64,000 nucleotides of DNA from an uncultured bacterium (GTDB lineage: Bacteria > Planctomycetota > UBA1135 > GCA-002686595): assembly GCA_943787795.1 (NCBI GenBank), contig CALSNU010000004.1, positions 64,001 to 128,000 of the forward strand. Direction: 5' to 3'. The notes below the pieces were generated by a model, which saw nothing but the letters and a program-made list of their open reading frames with translations, was not told the DNA's origin and searched no databases. Every line of letters starts with the position of its first letter. Position 1 is the first letter of the stretch. This document shows, one piece after another, positions 1 to 13,711 of the stretch. The position numbers were made by a program, and so were the translations under genes.

Positions 1-170
1 CGGTTGGCCGCGATCCGGCTCGCCTCGAGCTGCCGGCCGTTGATCCAGCCAGCGTCCAGGGACTGGAGGCCGTAGTCACCGAAGGAGACCCGGTTCCCGC
101 GCGTGGCGAGTCCCTTGATCTTCCCGCGGAAGACGCGCCGGCGCTTGATGCGCTTGGGCATGTAAGCCAT
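1..170 (-). CDS. rplP: 50S ribosomal protein L16 (uL16), N-terminal part; runs off window edge
   Basis: Manual translation MAYMPKRIKRRRVFRGKIKGLATRGNRVSFGDYGLQSLDAGWINGRQLEASRIAAN; ATG overlaps the rpsC stop (TGATG). Confidence 0.96.
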   Translation of the reverse strand, partial: MAYMPKRIKRRRVFRGKIKGLATRGNRVSFGDYGLQSLDAGWINGRQLEASRIAAN

Positions 171-985
171 CACGCACCTCCCTGGTTGAAGGAGCCTTGA
201 GGAGTCGCGGGCGCGCCGGGGCGCGGACCGCCACCGCCGCCCCCACCTCGGGGGCCTCCGCGACCGCGACCGCCGCGGCGACCCGAGCCACGGCGAGGTC
301 CGCCGCGGTCGTACCGGCCACCGGCAGCAGAGGTGACGCGGTAGTTGATCTTCTCGCCACGCTCGATGTCGCCCTTGTAGATCCAGACCTTGACGCCGAT
401 GACGCCGTAGGTGGTCCGAGCGAGCGCGGTGCCGTACTCGACGTTCGACTGAAGGGTCGACAGGGGCACGCGCCCCTCCCTCTCCTGGAGCTGACGCGCC
501 ATCTCGGCGCCGCCCAGTCGGCCGTTGATCATGACCTTCACGCCGAGCGCGCCGGCCTGCATGGTCGTCTGGATCGCCTTCTTGACCGCGCGACGGAACG
601 CCATTCGGCGCTTGAGTTGCTCGGCGATGACCTCGGCGACGAGGCCGGCCGAGAGCTCGGGGCGCTTGATCTCGTGGATCGTCAGGTGAACCGTGGTCTC
701 CGCGATCGCCTGCAGCTCGGCCTTGAGCTGGTCGATCCGAATGCCCTTGCGGCCGACGAGGACGCCGGGACGCGCGGTGTAGATGATGACGTTGACGGCG
801 TCACTGGTGCGCTCGATCTCGATGCGCGGGATGCCGGCAGAGCCGTACTCCTTCGCGACGTGGTCCCGGATCTGCTTGTCCTGATAGAGCAGTCGCGCGA
901 AGTCGCGCTTGTGCCCGTGCCACCGGGATGCCCAGGGCTCAATGATTCCGACGCGATAGCCGGTGGGGTGGATCTTCTGTCCCAT
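170..985 (-). CDS. rpsC: 30S ribosomal protein S3 (uS3) with RGG-rich C-terminal tail
   Basis: MGQKIHPTGYRVG, ARPGVLVGRKG, GRLGGAEMAR, TTYGVIGVKVWI; S10-operon position. Confidence 0.99.
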   Translation of the reverse strand: MGQKIHPTGYRVGIIEPWASRWHGHKRDFARLLYQDKQIRDHVAKEYGSAGIPRIEIERTSDAVNVIIYTARPGVLVGRKGIRIDQLKAELQAIAETTVHLTIHEIKRPELSAGLVAEVIAEQLKRRMAFRRAVKKAIQTTMQAGALGVKVMINGRLGGAEMARQLQEREGRVPLSTLQSNVEYGTALARTTYGVIGVKVWIYKGDIERGEKINYRVTSAAGGRYDRGGPRRGSGRRGGRGRGGPRGGGGGGGPRPGAPATPQGSFNQGGA

Positions 986-1021
986 GGATGATCTCTCGTG
1001 CTAGAGGGGCGCAGGGCCTCC

Positions 1022-1438
1022 TCAGGCGTTGGCGGCCTCCGCGTCCGCGCTGGAGTCCGTTGCAAAGGCCGAGGCCTGCGCGACGATCACGGTGAGGTGC
1101 GAGGTCTTCTTCGCGTAGGGCATCGCGCGTCCCTGGGGACCGGGGCGATACCGGAGACGGTTGTTGAGCATCGGGCCGTCGTCGGCCCGGCAGTCACTGA
1201 TGAACAGGTCGTTGACGTCGACCGACTCGTCCTGTGAGGCATTGGCAATCGCAGAGAGCAGGACCTTCTTGTAGAAGGCCGCGCCGCGCTGAGGCAGCAG
1301 CTCCAGGATTTCAAGCGCATCGTTGACCGCGCGACCCCGGATGGCACCCGCCACGAGGCGGGCCTTCCGTGAGGAGATGCGGGCGTAGCGGTGGCGGGCG
1401 ACGAACCCACCGAGCTCCCTGATGATCTCGTTCTTCAT
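1022..1438 (-). CDS. rplV: 50S ribosomal protein L22 (uL22)
   Basis: RYARISSRKARLVA, LLSAIANA, GRAMPYAKKTSHLTVIV. Confidence 0.97.
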   Translation of the reverse strand: MKNEIIRELGGFVARHRYARISSRKARLVAGAIRGRAVNDALEILELLPQRGAAFYKKVLLSAIANASQDESVDVNDLFISDCRADDGPMLNNRLRYRPGPQGRAMPYAKKTSHLTVIVAQASAFATDSSADAEAANA

Positions 1439-1443
1439 GGTGC

Positions 1444-1728
1444 TCAGCGGCCTCCCTTCGCGCCTTCTTTCTTGTTGGTGTGGCCGCGGAAGACGCGCGA
1501 GGGCGCGAACTCACCGAGCTTGTGCCCCACCATGTCTTCGTTGACAGCGACCTTCACGTGCTTGCGTCCGTCGTGGACCATGAAGATGTGCCCGATGAAG
1601 TCGGGGGAAATAGTGCAGGCGCGCGCCCACGTGGTGATCGGGTTCTTTGTCCCGGCCTCGTTTTGCGCGAGGACCTTCTTCTCGAGCTTGGCGTCGATGA
1701 AGGGACCTTTCTTGATGCTTCTTGACAT
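1444..1728 (-). CDS. rpsS: 30S ribosomal protein S19 (uS19)
   Basis: [30 protein letters not shown]. Confidence 0.99.
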   Translation of the reverse strand: MSRSIKKGPFIDAKLEKKVLAQNEAGTKNPITTWARACTISPDFIGHIFMVHDGRKHVKVAVNEDMVGHKLGEFAPSRVFRGHTNKKEGAKGGR

Positions 1729-1797
1729 GACGTTCTGAGTGCGTCGAGCCGCGGCGGCCTGGATGCTCCGGGGAGCGTCCAGGGTTCGCCAGCCGGA

Positions 1798-2631
1798 TCA
1801 CTTGCGCTTACGGCGGCGGCGGATGATGAAGACGTCGGTCGGGTGATTACGGCGGCGCGTTCGTCCGCCCTTCGCGAGGACGGCCGTCGGCGAGCAGGGG
1901 TGACGACCACCTGCGGTCCGGCCTTCACCACCACCCATGGGGTGGTCGACCGGGTTCATTGCCGTTCCGCGGACGTGCGGGCGGCGGCCCAGGTGACGCT
2001 TCCGCCCGGCCTTGCCGAGCTTGACGTTCTGGTGATCGGTGTTGCCAACGCGACCGATGGTGGCGCGGCAGGTGACGTGCACTCGACGCAGCTCGCCCGA
2101 GGGCAGAAGCAACACGGCGTAGCTCCCCTCACGGGCCGTCAGCTGGGCAGACGAGCCCGCGGTGCGGACCATCTGGCCGCCGCGACCGGGCTGCAGCTCG
2201 ACGTTGTGGACCTGGACACCGATCGGGATGTCGCGAAGCATCTTCGCGTTGCCCGGGTTCGGTTCAGCGTCGGGGCCGGACAGGATCGCCTGCCCCACCT
2301 CGAGTCCGATCGGCGCGAGGATGTACCTCTTCTCGCCGTCGGCGTAATGCAGCAGGGCGATGAAGCACGTGCGGTTCGGGTCGTACTCGATCGTCGCAAC
2401 CTTGGCGGGAATCCCGTCCTTGTTGCGCTTGAAGTCGATGACCCGGTACTTGCGCTTGTGACCACCCCCGCGGAAGCGGGCGGTGATACGACCGTAGTTG
2501 TTACGGCCTCCGGTCTTCTTGAGGGGACGCAGGAGAGACTTCTCCGGCGTCGTCGAGGTGACCTCTTCGTAGGTGAGCACGCTGCCGTGGCGGCGGCCCG
2601 GAGAGGTCGGCTTGTACTTGCGAATCGGCAT
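1798..2631 (-). CDS. rplB: 50S ribosomal protein L2 (uL2)
   Basis: [38 protein letters not shown]. Confidence 0.99.
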   Translation of the reverse strand: MPIRKYKPTSPGRRHGSVLTYEEVTSTTPEKSLLRPLKKTGGRNNYGRITARFRGGGHKRKYRVIDFKRNKDGIPAKVATIEYDPNRTCFIALLHYADGEKRYILAPIGLEVGQAILSGPDAEPNPGNAKMLRDIPIGVQVHNVELQPGRGGQMVRTAGSSAQLTAREGSYAVLLLPSGELRRVHVTCRATIGRVGNTDHQNVKLGKAGRKRHLGRRPHVRGTAMNPVDHPMGGGEGRTAGGRHPCSPTAVLAKGGRTRRRNHPTDVFIIRRRRKRK

Positions 2632-2670
2632 GAGACTTAGCCTTGATCTTTGGATCGAACGGGGAGCCCG

Positions 2671-2964
2671 TCAGATCACGTCGATCGTGTCGCCCTCCTT
2701 CAGCGTGACCATGGCCTTCTTCCAGTCGGGCTTTTGGCCCTTGACGTAACCGCGGCGGCGGACCTTGCCCTTGACGCCGGAGGTGTTTACCGACATGACC
2801 TTCACTTCGAACAGGGTCTCGATCGCGTGGCGGATCTCGATCTTGTTCGCGTCCGTCGGGACGCGGAAGTGGTAGGCGTTGCGGAAATGGGTGTCCGTGG
2901 TCGCCTTCTCGGTGACGTGGGACTGCTTGATGATCTGGTAGTAGCGGTCGAGGTGTTGACTCAC
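2671..2964 (-). CDS. rplW: 50S ribosomal protein L23 (uL23)
   Basis: VTEKA, ANKIEIRHAIETLFEVKV, WKKAMVTL; GTG overlaps the rplD stop. Confidence 0.98.
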   Translation of the reverse strand: MSQHLDRYYQIIKQSHVTEKATTDTHFRNAYHFRVPTDANKIEIRHAIETLFEVKVMSVNTSGVKGKVRRRGYVKGQKPDWKKAMVTLKEGDTIDVI

Positions 2965-3611
2965 GACTCACCTCCATTGTTGGACGCTTCGGCCTTCCGG
3001 CCGACCCGTGCGCTCAGGTGATCGAGCGCGCCCTGCTCTGCGATGATCGTTCCGCCGTTCACCACGTCGTAGGCGCACAGCTCAGCGGCGATGCGGACCT
3101 CAACGCGAGGGAAGTTGCGGAAGGACTTGTAGAGGTTCTCGTTGCGCTCGGTGATCACGACGCACGCCCTGCGGGTGGCGTCGAGGTCGCCGAGGACCTT
3201 GCGGGCCGAGCGCGAGGACGGCTCTGCCCAGTCACCCAGGTCCGCGATGACGAGCTCGCCGTCGGCGATCTTGCCAGCCAGCGCAGAGCGAAGCGCCACG
3301 CGACGGGCCTTGGTCGGCATGTGATAGCTGTAGTCACGGGGCTTCGGCCCGAAGACCGTTCCACCACCGCGCCAGATCGGCGACTTGACGTCACCGGCAC
3401 GGGCTCGGCCCGTGTGCTTCTGCTTGTACGGCTTCTTGTTGGTGCCCTTGACCTCACTGCGCCCCTTGGTGGAGGCGGTGCCCTGCCGCTGGTTCGCCAT
3501 GTGCATGACGACCGCGTCCTTCAGGGTGCGGTAGAGGACCTTCTCGCCGAAGGGCGCGACGTCCAACTCGACCTCGCCGACACTGCCGGCCTTGTAGCTT
3601 TTGACCTTCAT
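2961..3611 (-). CDS. rplD: 50S ribosomal protein L4 (uL4)
   Basis: RQGTASTKGRSEV, KPYKQKHTGRARAG, WRGGGTVFGPKPRDY. Confidence 0.99.
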   Translation of the reverse strand: MKVKSYKAGSVGEVELDVAPFGEKVLYRTLKDAVVMHMANQRQGTASTKGRSEVKGTNKKPYKQKHTGRARAGDVKSPIWRGGGTVFGPKPRDYSYHMPTKARRVALRSALAGKIADGELVIADLGDWAEPSSRSARKVLGDLDATRRACVVITERNENLYKSFRNFPRVEVRIAAELCAYDVVNGGTIIAEQGALDHLSARVGRKAEASNNGGES

Positions 3612-3618
3612 CGGTGGC

Positions 3619-4254
3619 TCACTTCTTCACGCCCGTGCGGGCGGTCTGGACCTGGACGAAGCTGCCGTTGTGACCCGGCACTGATCCCTTGATGAGGAGG
3701 AGGTTGCGGTCGGCATCGACTCGCATGACCTCGAGGTTCTTCACGGTCTTGCGCGAGGCACCGTAGTGGCCGCTCATGCGCTTGCCCTTGAAGACGCGAC
3801 CCGGGTAGGCCGAGCAGCCGATCGAGCCCGGCGCCCGATAGTTCATCGAGCCGTGGGTCTTCGGACCGCGAGCGAAGCCGTGGCGCTTGATCGTGCCGGC
3901 GAAGCCGCGACCCTTGGTGGTCCCGACGACGTCGACGAGTGCGCCGGCCTCGAAGACCTCGACCGTGATGGTTTGCCCCACCTCGTGCTCGGAGGGCCCA
4001 TCGAGCCGCTCCTCGCGCAGGAAGCGCTTGGGAGCCGTCCCGATGCCTTTGGCGGCCTCGCGTTGCGGCTTCTTCGAGACCTTGTCCCGAATGTCCTCGT
4101 AACCGAGCTGAATGGCCGAATAGCCATCCTTCTCTTCAGTGCGCAGCTGCATGACAATGCAAGGCCCCGCCTCGACCACGGTCACCGGAGTGACCGTGCC
4201 GTCGTCGGCGAAGAGTTGCGTCATGCCTCTCTTGCGTCCCAGAAGAAGCGTCAT
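3619..4254 (-). CDS. rplC: 50S ribosomal protein L3 (uL3)
   Basis: Start moved to MTLLLGRKRGMTQLF; DGYSAIQLG, GTTKGRGFAGTIKRH, PGRVFKGKRMSGHYG. Confidence 0.98.
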   Translation of the reverse strand: MTLLLGRKRGMTQLFADDGTVTPVTVVEAGPCIVMQLRTEEKDGYSAIQLGYEDIRDKVSKKPQREAAKGIGTAPKRFLREERLDGPSEHEVGQTITVEVFEAGALVDVVGTTKGRGFAGTIKRHGFARGPKTHGSMNYRAPGSIGCSAYPGRVFKGKRMSGHYGASRKTVKNLEVMRVDADRNLLLIKGSVPGHNGSFVQVQTARTGVKK

Positions 4255-4429
4255 GTCTTCGTGAGAAAGGGTTGGTGGAAGCCGGTTCGACCTGAAAGCA
4301 CGGGCCCGGAGTGAACTCCAGGCCGGCGCAACGCCAGGCCACGCGGCGGGGTGGGTGGGGATGAGTGAGTCGAAAGAGCAGACCCGGGTGCCTTGCCCAC
4401 CGGAGTGGGAGGCCCTGGGCCCGTTGAGA

Positions 4430-4735
4430 TCAGGCCTTGATGCGGATGTCGACACCCGCAGGCATGTTGAGCGACGACAGGGAGTCGACGGTCTGCGCGG
4501 TGGAGTCCGAGATGAAGATCAGCCGCTTGTGCGTGCGAATCTCGAACTGCTCACGCGACTTCTTGTCGATGAACGGCGAGCGAAGCACGGTGTACTTCTC
4601 GATTCGAGTCGGCAGCGGGATGGGCCCCTGGACGCGGGCGCCCGTGCGCTTGGCCGTCTCGACGATCTCGGCGCTCGACTGATCGAGGGCCTCGTGGTCG
4701 TAGGCCTCCATGCGGATTTGAATGCGGTCGCTCAT
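4430..4735 (-). CDS. rpsJ: 30S ribosomal protein S10 (uS10)
   Basis: Start moved to [35 protein letters not shown]. Confidence 0.99.
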   Translation of the reverse strand: MSDRIQIRMEAYDHEALDQSSAEIVETAKRTGARVQGPIPLPTRIEKYTVLRSPFIDKKSREQFEIRTHKRLIFISDSTAQTVDSLSSLNMPAGVDIRIKA

Positions 4736-4990
4736 GCTTGCTTCGAGCTCTTGGGCGCCCCTCCGCCCCCGAGCGTCGGAGGAGATAGTGGCGGCGTTGA
4801 GATCGGGCCGGGCAGGCCCTTCTGACTGGGGGGTGTTGGCGCCTTCCCGTGGGCTCGGACAGCTCCTTGGGGGAGCGCCGATAGGGACGACACAAAAAGG
4901 TCTCGACCCGGCAGGCGGAGGCCCTGGGAAGCGAACGGCATTGGCTCGATCGCTGCTCCAAGGGTCCTGCCTTTCGGGCAAGGGGCAAAG

Positions 4991-5019
4991 AAGGTACGGC
5001 GGGCCCTACCTGCGGTCAA
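4991..5019 (-). promoter_or_regulatory. sigma70-type promoter for rpsJ/S10 operon
   Basis: TTGACC-N17-TACCTT on minus strand, about 255 nt upstream of the rpsJ ATG. Confidence 0.7.
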
Positions 5020-5208
5020 CGGTGGACGGGAAAAACATCACCACTCGTTGAGGCCGTCGCCCTCCCATGCCCCACAGGCCCGAAACAGGGCCTCTGGCCT
5101 CCTGCGCCCGCGCCTTGACCCTCTAGCGCCACAAGACGGAGCGCACCGCGGGTCCTCGGCCTGGACAAATTAGCGGAATGGTGTCCGGAGAACCGGCGTC
5201 CCGGCCGA

Positions 5209-7323
5209 TCACGCGCGGACGGGTCGGAAGCCGGCGGGCCGGAGGCTGAAGGTGGCTCGGCCCTTGGAGAGCGAGCGGAGCGACGTGGAATAGCCGAGGA
5301 GCTCACGGAGCGGGGCCATACCGGCAATTCGCCGCGCCACGGTGCCTGTGGATTGGACCTCCTCCATCACGGCCTGGCGGCTATTCAGGTCCCCGATCAC
5401 CCCCCCAGCGACCTCCGCTGGCGCGTCGACCACGAAGGACATCCAGGGCTCAAGCGAGATCACGCCGCCCGCGGCCGTGGCGCCCTTGAGGGCGGCTCGC
5501 AGCGCCGCCACGGCCGCCTGCCCCCACGCGGCGTCGACGACGTGGGCCGTCGTGGAGCGCGCCTGATCGATGACGATACGGACGCCACAGAGCGGATGCC
5601 CGGCGAGCGGCCCCGCGGTCGCGGCCTCCGCGAGGAGGGCAGAAGAGACGGCGGCGAAGACCTCAGGGGGCGCCTCGGAGCCCGCCCCGTCCGCACTCAC
5701 CTCCACGGCGCCTGCCCCGTCCTCGGCTGGCTCGAGGCGGAGCCCCACCACCGCGTCCGCTCGCTCCCCGCCGAGCGACCGGTCCACCTCGCCTGAGCCG
5801 CTGGACGCCACGCGGACGCTCTCGAGCTGAGCGACCTGAGGGGCTCCAACCCGCGGCTCGATCCGAAACTCAGCCCTCAGCCGGGCGAGGGCGACCTCGA
5901 GGTGGAGCTCCCCCATCCCCTCGAGGCCCCACTGACCGGTGCCCGGATCTTCGAGGGCCCGGAGCGAGGGGTCCTCGCGCACCAGCTGAAGGAGCGCGGC
6001 GCCGAGCGCCTCCCGCTCCTCGTCCTTCGACGGCTCGAGCAGCACGGCCACCACGGCGTTCGGGTTCCGCGGCGGCTCGAGCCGGTGGACCGCGCCCTCC
6101 GACGTGAGGGTGTCTCCACAGCCTGTGGCCACCAGCCCCCGCAGCGCGACCACATCTCCCGCCCCGGCTTGCTCCAGCTCATCCACGGCGTCGGCGTGAA
6201 CGCGAAGCACCGCCTCCACCGCCTCTAGCTGTCCGCTCCTCCCGTTCCAGAGCCTCATCCCCGGGCGGACCACCCCCCTGTAGATGCGCGCCACCGCGAG
6301 GTCGAGGCTGACACCTCGGCGCCGCCTCGAGTGGATCTTGAACACCAGCAGAAGCGGATCGCCCGAACCGGCCCCCTCGAGCGACGAGGGGGAGAGCGTG
6401 CTGCCCGTGCGGGCGTCGAAGAGCTCCGGCGCAGGTCTCTCCTGCGGAGACGGCAATAGATCCGCGATCCCGTCGAGGAGCAACGGCACGCCGTGACCGC
6501 GCAGGGCGGCACCGCAGAACAGTGGCACGACCCGACGCTCATGAGTGGCCGTTCGCAGCGCGGCGGTGAGCTGCTCCACCGTTGGGGCTCCGCCAGCGCA
6601 GACCGCCTCGAAGACGCTGTCGTCCAGATCCGCAAGCGCGTCCACCAGCTCTGCCCGGAGCACGCCGACCTCGTCCTCGAGGGCCTCGGGGATCGGCACG
6701 TCGACGCGCTCGCCGCCAGGCTCGACCCGCTGCGCGGTGCCACGGATCAGGTCCACCACCCCGGACAGCGGCACCTCCTCATCGCCGCCGCCGATCGGAT
6801 AGGCGACCACCAGAGGTCGCGCGCCCAGCTTCTCGCCGATCGACGCCGCGCAGGCGAGGACATCTGCTCCGGGGCGCTCACACTTGTTCACGAACGCGAG
6901 CGCAGGGAGGCCACGCCGCTCCACCTGACGCCAGACCGTCTCCGTCTGCGGCTCGACCCCGCGGGTCGCGTCCACCACCACGACGGCACCGTCGAGCACG
7001 CGCATGCAGCGCTCGACCTCGACGGTGAAGTCCACGTGCCCAGGGGTATCGACGAGGTTGATCTCACACCCGGCCCACCGGACTCGGGTCGCGGCCGCCG
7101 TGATCGTGATCCCGCGCTCCCGCTCCTCGGCCATCCAGTCCATCACGGAGGTCCCCTCGTCCACCCGCCCGACCCGTGGCTCGCGACCGCACAGGTGCAG
7201 GATGCGCTCGGTCAGCGTGGTCTTACCGGCGTCGATGTGCGCGCAGATGCCGACGTTCCTCAGCGCGCGGACGGGGGCCGAGCCTTGGCGGGCTTGGCCC
7301 GCTGGGTGGTCAGGGACGTCCAT
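5209..7323 (-). CDS. fusA: Divergent elongation factor G family GTPase (EF-G2/recycling-type candidate)
   Basis: G1 [44 protein letters not shown]4 reads NKCE; domain IV loops degenerate. Confidence 0.9.
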   Translation of the reverse strand: MDVPDHPAGQARQGSAPVRALRNVGICAHIDAGKTTLTERILHLCGREPRVGRVDEGTSVMDWMAEERERGITITAAATRVRWAGCEINLVDTPGHVDFTVEVERCMRVLDGAVVVVDATRGVEPQTETVWRQVERRGLPALAFVNKCERPGADVLACAASIGEKLGARPLVVAYPIGGGDEEVPLSGVVDLIRGTAQRVEPGGERVDVPIPEALEDEVGVLRAELVDALADLDDSVFEAVCAGGAPTVEQLTAALRTATHERRVVPLFCGAALRGHGVPLLLDGIADLLPSPQERPAPELFDARTGSTLSPSSLEGAGSGDPLLLVFKIHSRRRRGVSLDLAVARIYRGVVRPGMRLWNGRSGQLEAVEAVLRVHADAVDELEQAGAGDVVALRGLVATGCGDTLTSEGAVHRLEPPRNPNAVVAVLLEPSKDEEREALGAALLQLVREDPSLRALEDPGTGQWGLEGMGELHLEVALARLRAEFRIEPRVGAPQVAQLESVRVASSGSGEVDRSLGGERADAVVGLRLEPAEDGAGAVEVSADGAGSEAPPEVFAAVSSALLAEAATAGPLAGHPLCGVRIVIDQARSTTAHVVDAAWGQAAVAALRAALKGATAAGGVISLEPWMSFVVDAPAEVAGGVIGDLNSRQAVMEEVQSTGTVARRIAGMAPLRELLGYSTSLRSLSKGRATFSLRPAGFRPVRA

Positions 7324-7385
7324 GGGTGCGGTGGCATCCTAGCGCCCGGGGTCCATCGAATCCCGCACCCCACCCGGTCCCTGCC

Positions 7386-7859
7386 CTAGAGCGGACCCCG
7401 GGCCAAGGCCTCGGCGTTGAGCTCCAGGAACGGGTCCTTCCAGCGATAGTCGTCGAGCAGGTACTCGACCCCCTCGTGCCCCAACAAGACGAGCGCGGCG
7501 TAGAGCGCTTCAACGGACGCGAGGCCTTCCGACGGGTCCTCGAAGTCCCGGGAACGTCGCGGATAGGCCGTCTTCAGCGGAGGGAGCCGGCGGCGGCGGG
7601 GCTCGCCGGTCACCGTCGCCGAGAGCTTCGGGAGGCGACGCCACGAGGAGTCGAGGATCAGCAGGGGGAGCCCCCGGTCCCCCGCAGAGATAGGCTCCGC
7701 GGCGGGGTCGAGCAAGACTCGCCCGCCGGCGTCCAGCGAGCGGTCCGCGCGGTACTCGGCGAACTCCACCCCGGGCGTCCCACGAAGCGGGATCAGCGAG
7801 CACTTCTTCGGAGACTCTCGAGGGTCCCGGAGGATGAGGACGTCGACCTGGCCAGGCAT
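7386..7859 (-). CDS. tsr3: Tsr3-like (DUF367) SAM-dependent aminocarboxypropyltransferase homolog
   Basis: SPKKCSL, ISAGD, ILDSSW, RRLP, LASVEALYAALVLLG, LLDDYRWKDPFLELN mirror Tsr3 motifs DPKKCS/SPAD/DCSW/LS.EA.AAAL/F.WG..FL.LN; start set at the ATG preceded by TATCGT-N7. Confidence 0.8.
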   Translation of the reverse strand: MPGQVDVLILRDPRESPKKCSLIPLRGTPGVEFAEYRADRSLDAGGRVLLDPAAEPISAGDRGLPLLILDSSWRRLPKLSATVTGEPRRRRLPPLKTAYPRRSRDFEDPSEGLASVEALYAALVLLGHEGVEYLLDDYRWKDPFLELNAEALARGPL

Positions 7860-7957
7860 GGCCCAGACGATACCCGCCCACAGCGCAGGCTTCATCGAGG
7901 TGACCCGTAAGAGGGCTGGATCCCCCACGGAAGGTGCGCGCGAGGCGCGGCTCAACG

Positions 7958-7991
7958 ACGAGAGGCCGCGGCTGGAGCCGCGGCCTCTCGT
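7958..7991 (-). terminator. Strong hairpin downstream of rpsG
   Basis: ACGAGAGGCCGCGGC-tgga-GCCGCGGCCTCTCGT, 15-bp perfect stem; no clear U-tract. Confidence 0.6.
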
Positions 7992-8027
7992 GGAGTGATC
8001 CCGGCCCCATCGGGACCGCTGATCGGA

Positions 8028-8522
8028 TCAGCGTGCGAAGTGAGCGTAGGCCTTGTTGGCCTCGGCCATCTTGTGGATGTTCTCCTTCCAGGTCACCGAC
8101 GCGCCGGTGCCGTTGTGAGCGTCCACGAGCTCTTCCGCCAGTCGAAGGTGCATGGGCTTGCCCTTCTTCTTGCGGGAGTTGTCCACCAGCCAGCGAATGG
8201 CCAGAGACTGCTGGCGCGCCTTCTTGACCTCGCGCGGCACCTGGTAGTTGGCACCACCGACCCGCTTCGAGCGGACCTCGACGCCGGGCTTGGCGTTCTC
8301 GACCGCCTGGGTGAGGATGGCGACCTGCTTCTCTTCGGGGGTCTCGCCTTCAACGTCCGGCAGCTTCTTGAGCGCCACGTCGAGGGCCGAGTAGAGGATC
8401 GTCTGAGCGGTGCTCTTCTTGCCGTCCTGCATCACCTGGTTGATGATCTTGGAGGCGAGGAGCGAGCCGAGCTTGGGGTCCGGCTTCACGAAGTGAGCCG
8501 TCGACTTGAAGTTACGGGGCAT
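8028..8522 (-). CDS. rpsG: 30S ribosomal protein S7 (uS7)
   Basis: DGKKSTAQ, VEVRSKRVGGANYQVP, HKMAEANKAYAHF. Confidence 0.99.
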   Translation of the reverse strand: MPRNFKSTAHFVKPDPKLGSLLASKIINQVMQDGKKSTAQTILYSALDVALKKLPDVEGETPEEKQVAILTQAVENAKPGVEVRSKRVGGANYQVPREVKKARQQSLAIRWLVDNSRKKKGKPMHLRLAEELVDAHNGTGASVTWKENIHKMAEANKAYAHFAR

Positions 8523-8636
8523 GGTGGTCTCTGTTCTCTGGATCGATGGAAGGAGGTCGGAGCGAGCGGGCGCGGCCCGGCCGTGACGCGATGAACACGG
8601 CCTCTGGCGGAAGGCGCCGTCAGCTCCGGGGCGACA

Positions 8637-9011
8637 TCACTTCTTGGGCTTCTTCGACCCGTACTTGGAACGGCTCTGGGAGCGGCCGTCGACACCCGAA
8701 GTGTCGAGGGTACCGCGGAGGATGTGATAGCGGACGCCGGGGAGGTCGCGGACGCGGCCGCCGCGAACGAGCACCACGGAGTGCTCTTGAAGGTTGTGAC
8801 CCTCGCCGGGGATGTAAGCGGTGATCTCCTTGCCGTTGGAAAGGCGAACACGCGCGATCTTCCGGAGCGCGGAGTTCGGCTTCTTGGGCGTTTGGGTCTT
8901 CACCTGGAGGCAGACCCCCCGCTTGTGCGGGCAGGAGTCGAGGACCGGGGACTTGGAGCGCTTGATCGGCGTCTTGCGTCCCTTTCGGATGAGCTGGTTG
9001 ATCGTGGGCAT
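8637..9011 (-). CDS. rpsL: 30S ribosomal protein S12 (uS12)
   Basis: Start moved to [36 protein letters not shown]. Confidence 0.99.
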   Translation of the reverse strand: MPTINQLIRKGRKTPIKRSKSPVLDSCPHKRGVCLQVKTQTPKKPNSALRKIARVRLSNGKEITAYIPGEGHNLQEHSVVLVRGGRVRDLPGVRYHILRGTLDTSGVDGRSQSRSKYGSKKPKK

Positions 9012-9099
9012 CGCGTGGTGTGGTTGATGTGCCGGCCGTGGGGAGTCTCGGCGAGAGCGCCGGGTGGCGCGTCCGATCCGGTCGGCAGATCGGCGCAAC

Positions 9100-9127
9100 A
9101 GTGTACGGGGGAGATTTTGAGGGTCAA
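9100..9127 (-). promoter_or_regulatory. sigma70-type promoter for rpsL-rpsG
   Basis: TTGACC-N16-TACACT on minus strand. Confidence 0.7.
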
Positions 9128-9198
9128 GGCCCGACCGGTCCCAGCCATCCCCCACCGGGATGACCGGCCAGGGAGGGCTTGGAGCGGGGTGGGCGCGA

Positions 9199-13560
<4,362 letters not shown>

Positions 13561-13711
13561 GGGTCGAGTCTCCAGATGGTCCGGGGTGGCCGGGGCCGTC
13601 CCTCGGGGGGTCCAGAACGCCGGGGGGCGTTCCAGGTGTGGGTGTGTTTGCGCGCAGGGGGTGCGCCGCGGGGGGGAAAGGGTCAGGCCCCTCCCCCGCG
13701 GCGCGCAGTGA

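Noticed and set aside
170..330. RGG-rich uS3 tail as a novelty
   Set aside because: Low-complexity C-terminal extensions of uS3 are common in many bacteria
5115..5145. Plus-strand TTGACC as an antisense promoter into the EF-G gene
   Set aside because: No TANNNT at 16-18-nt spacing
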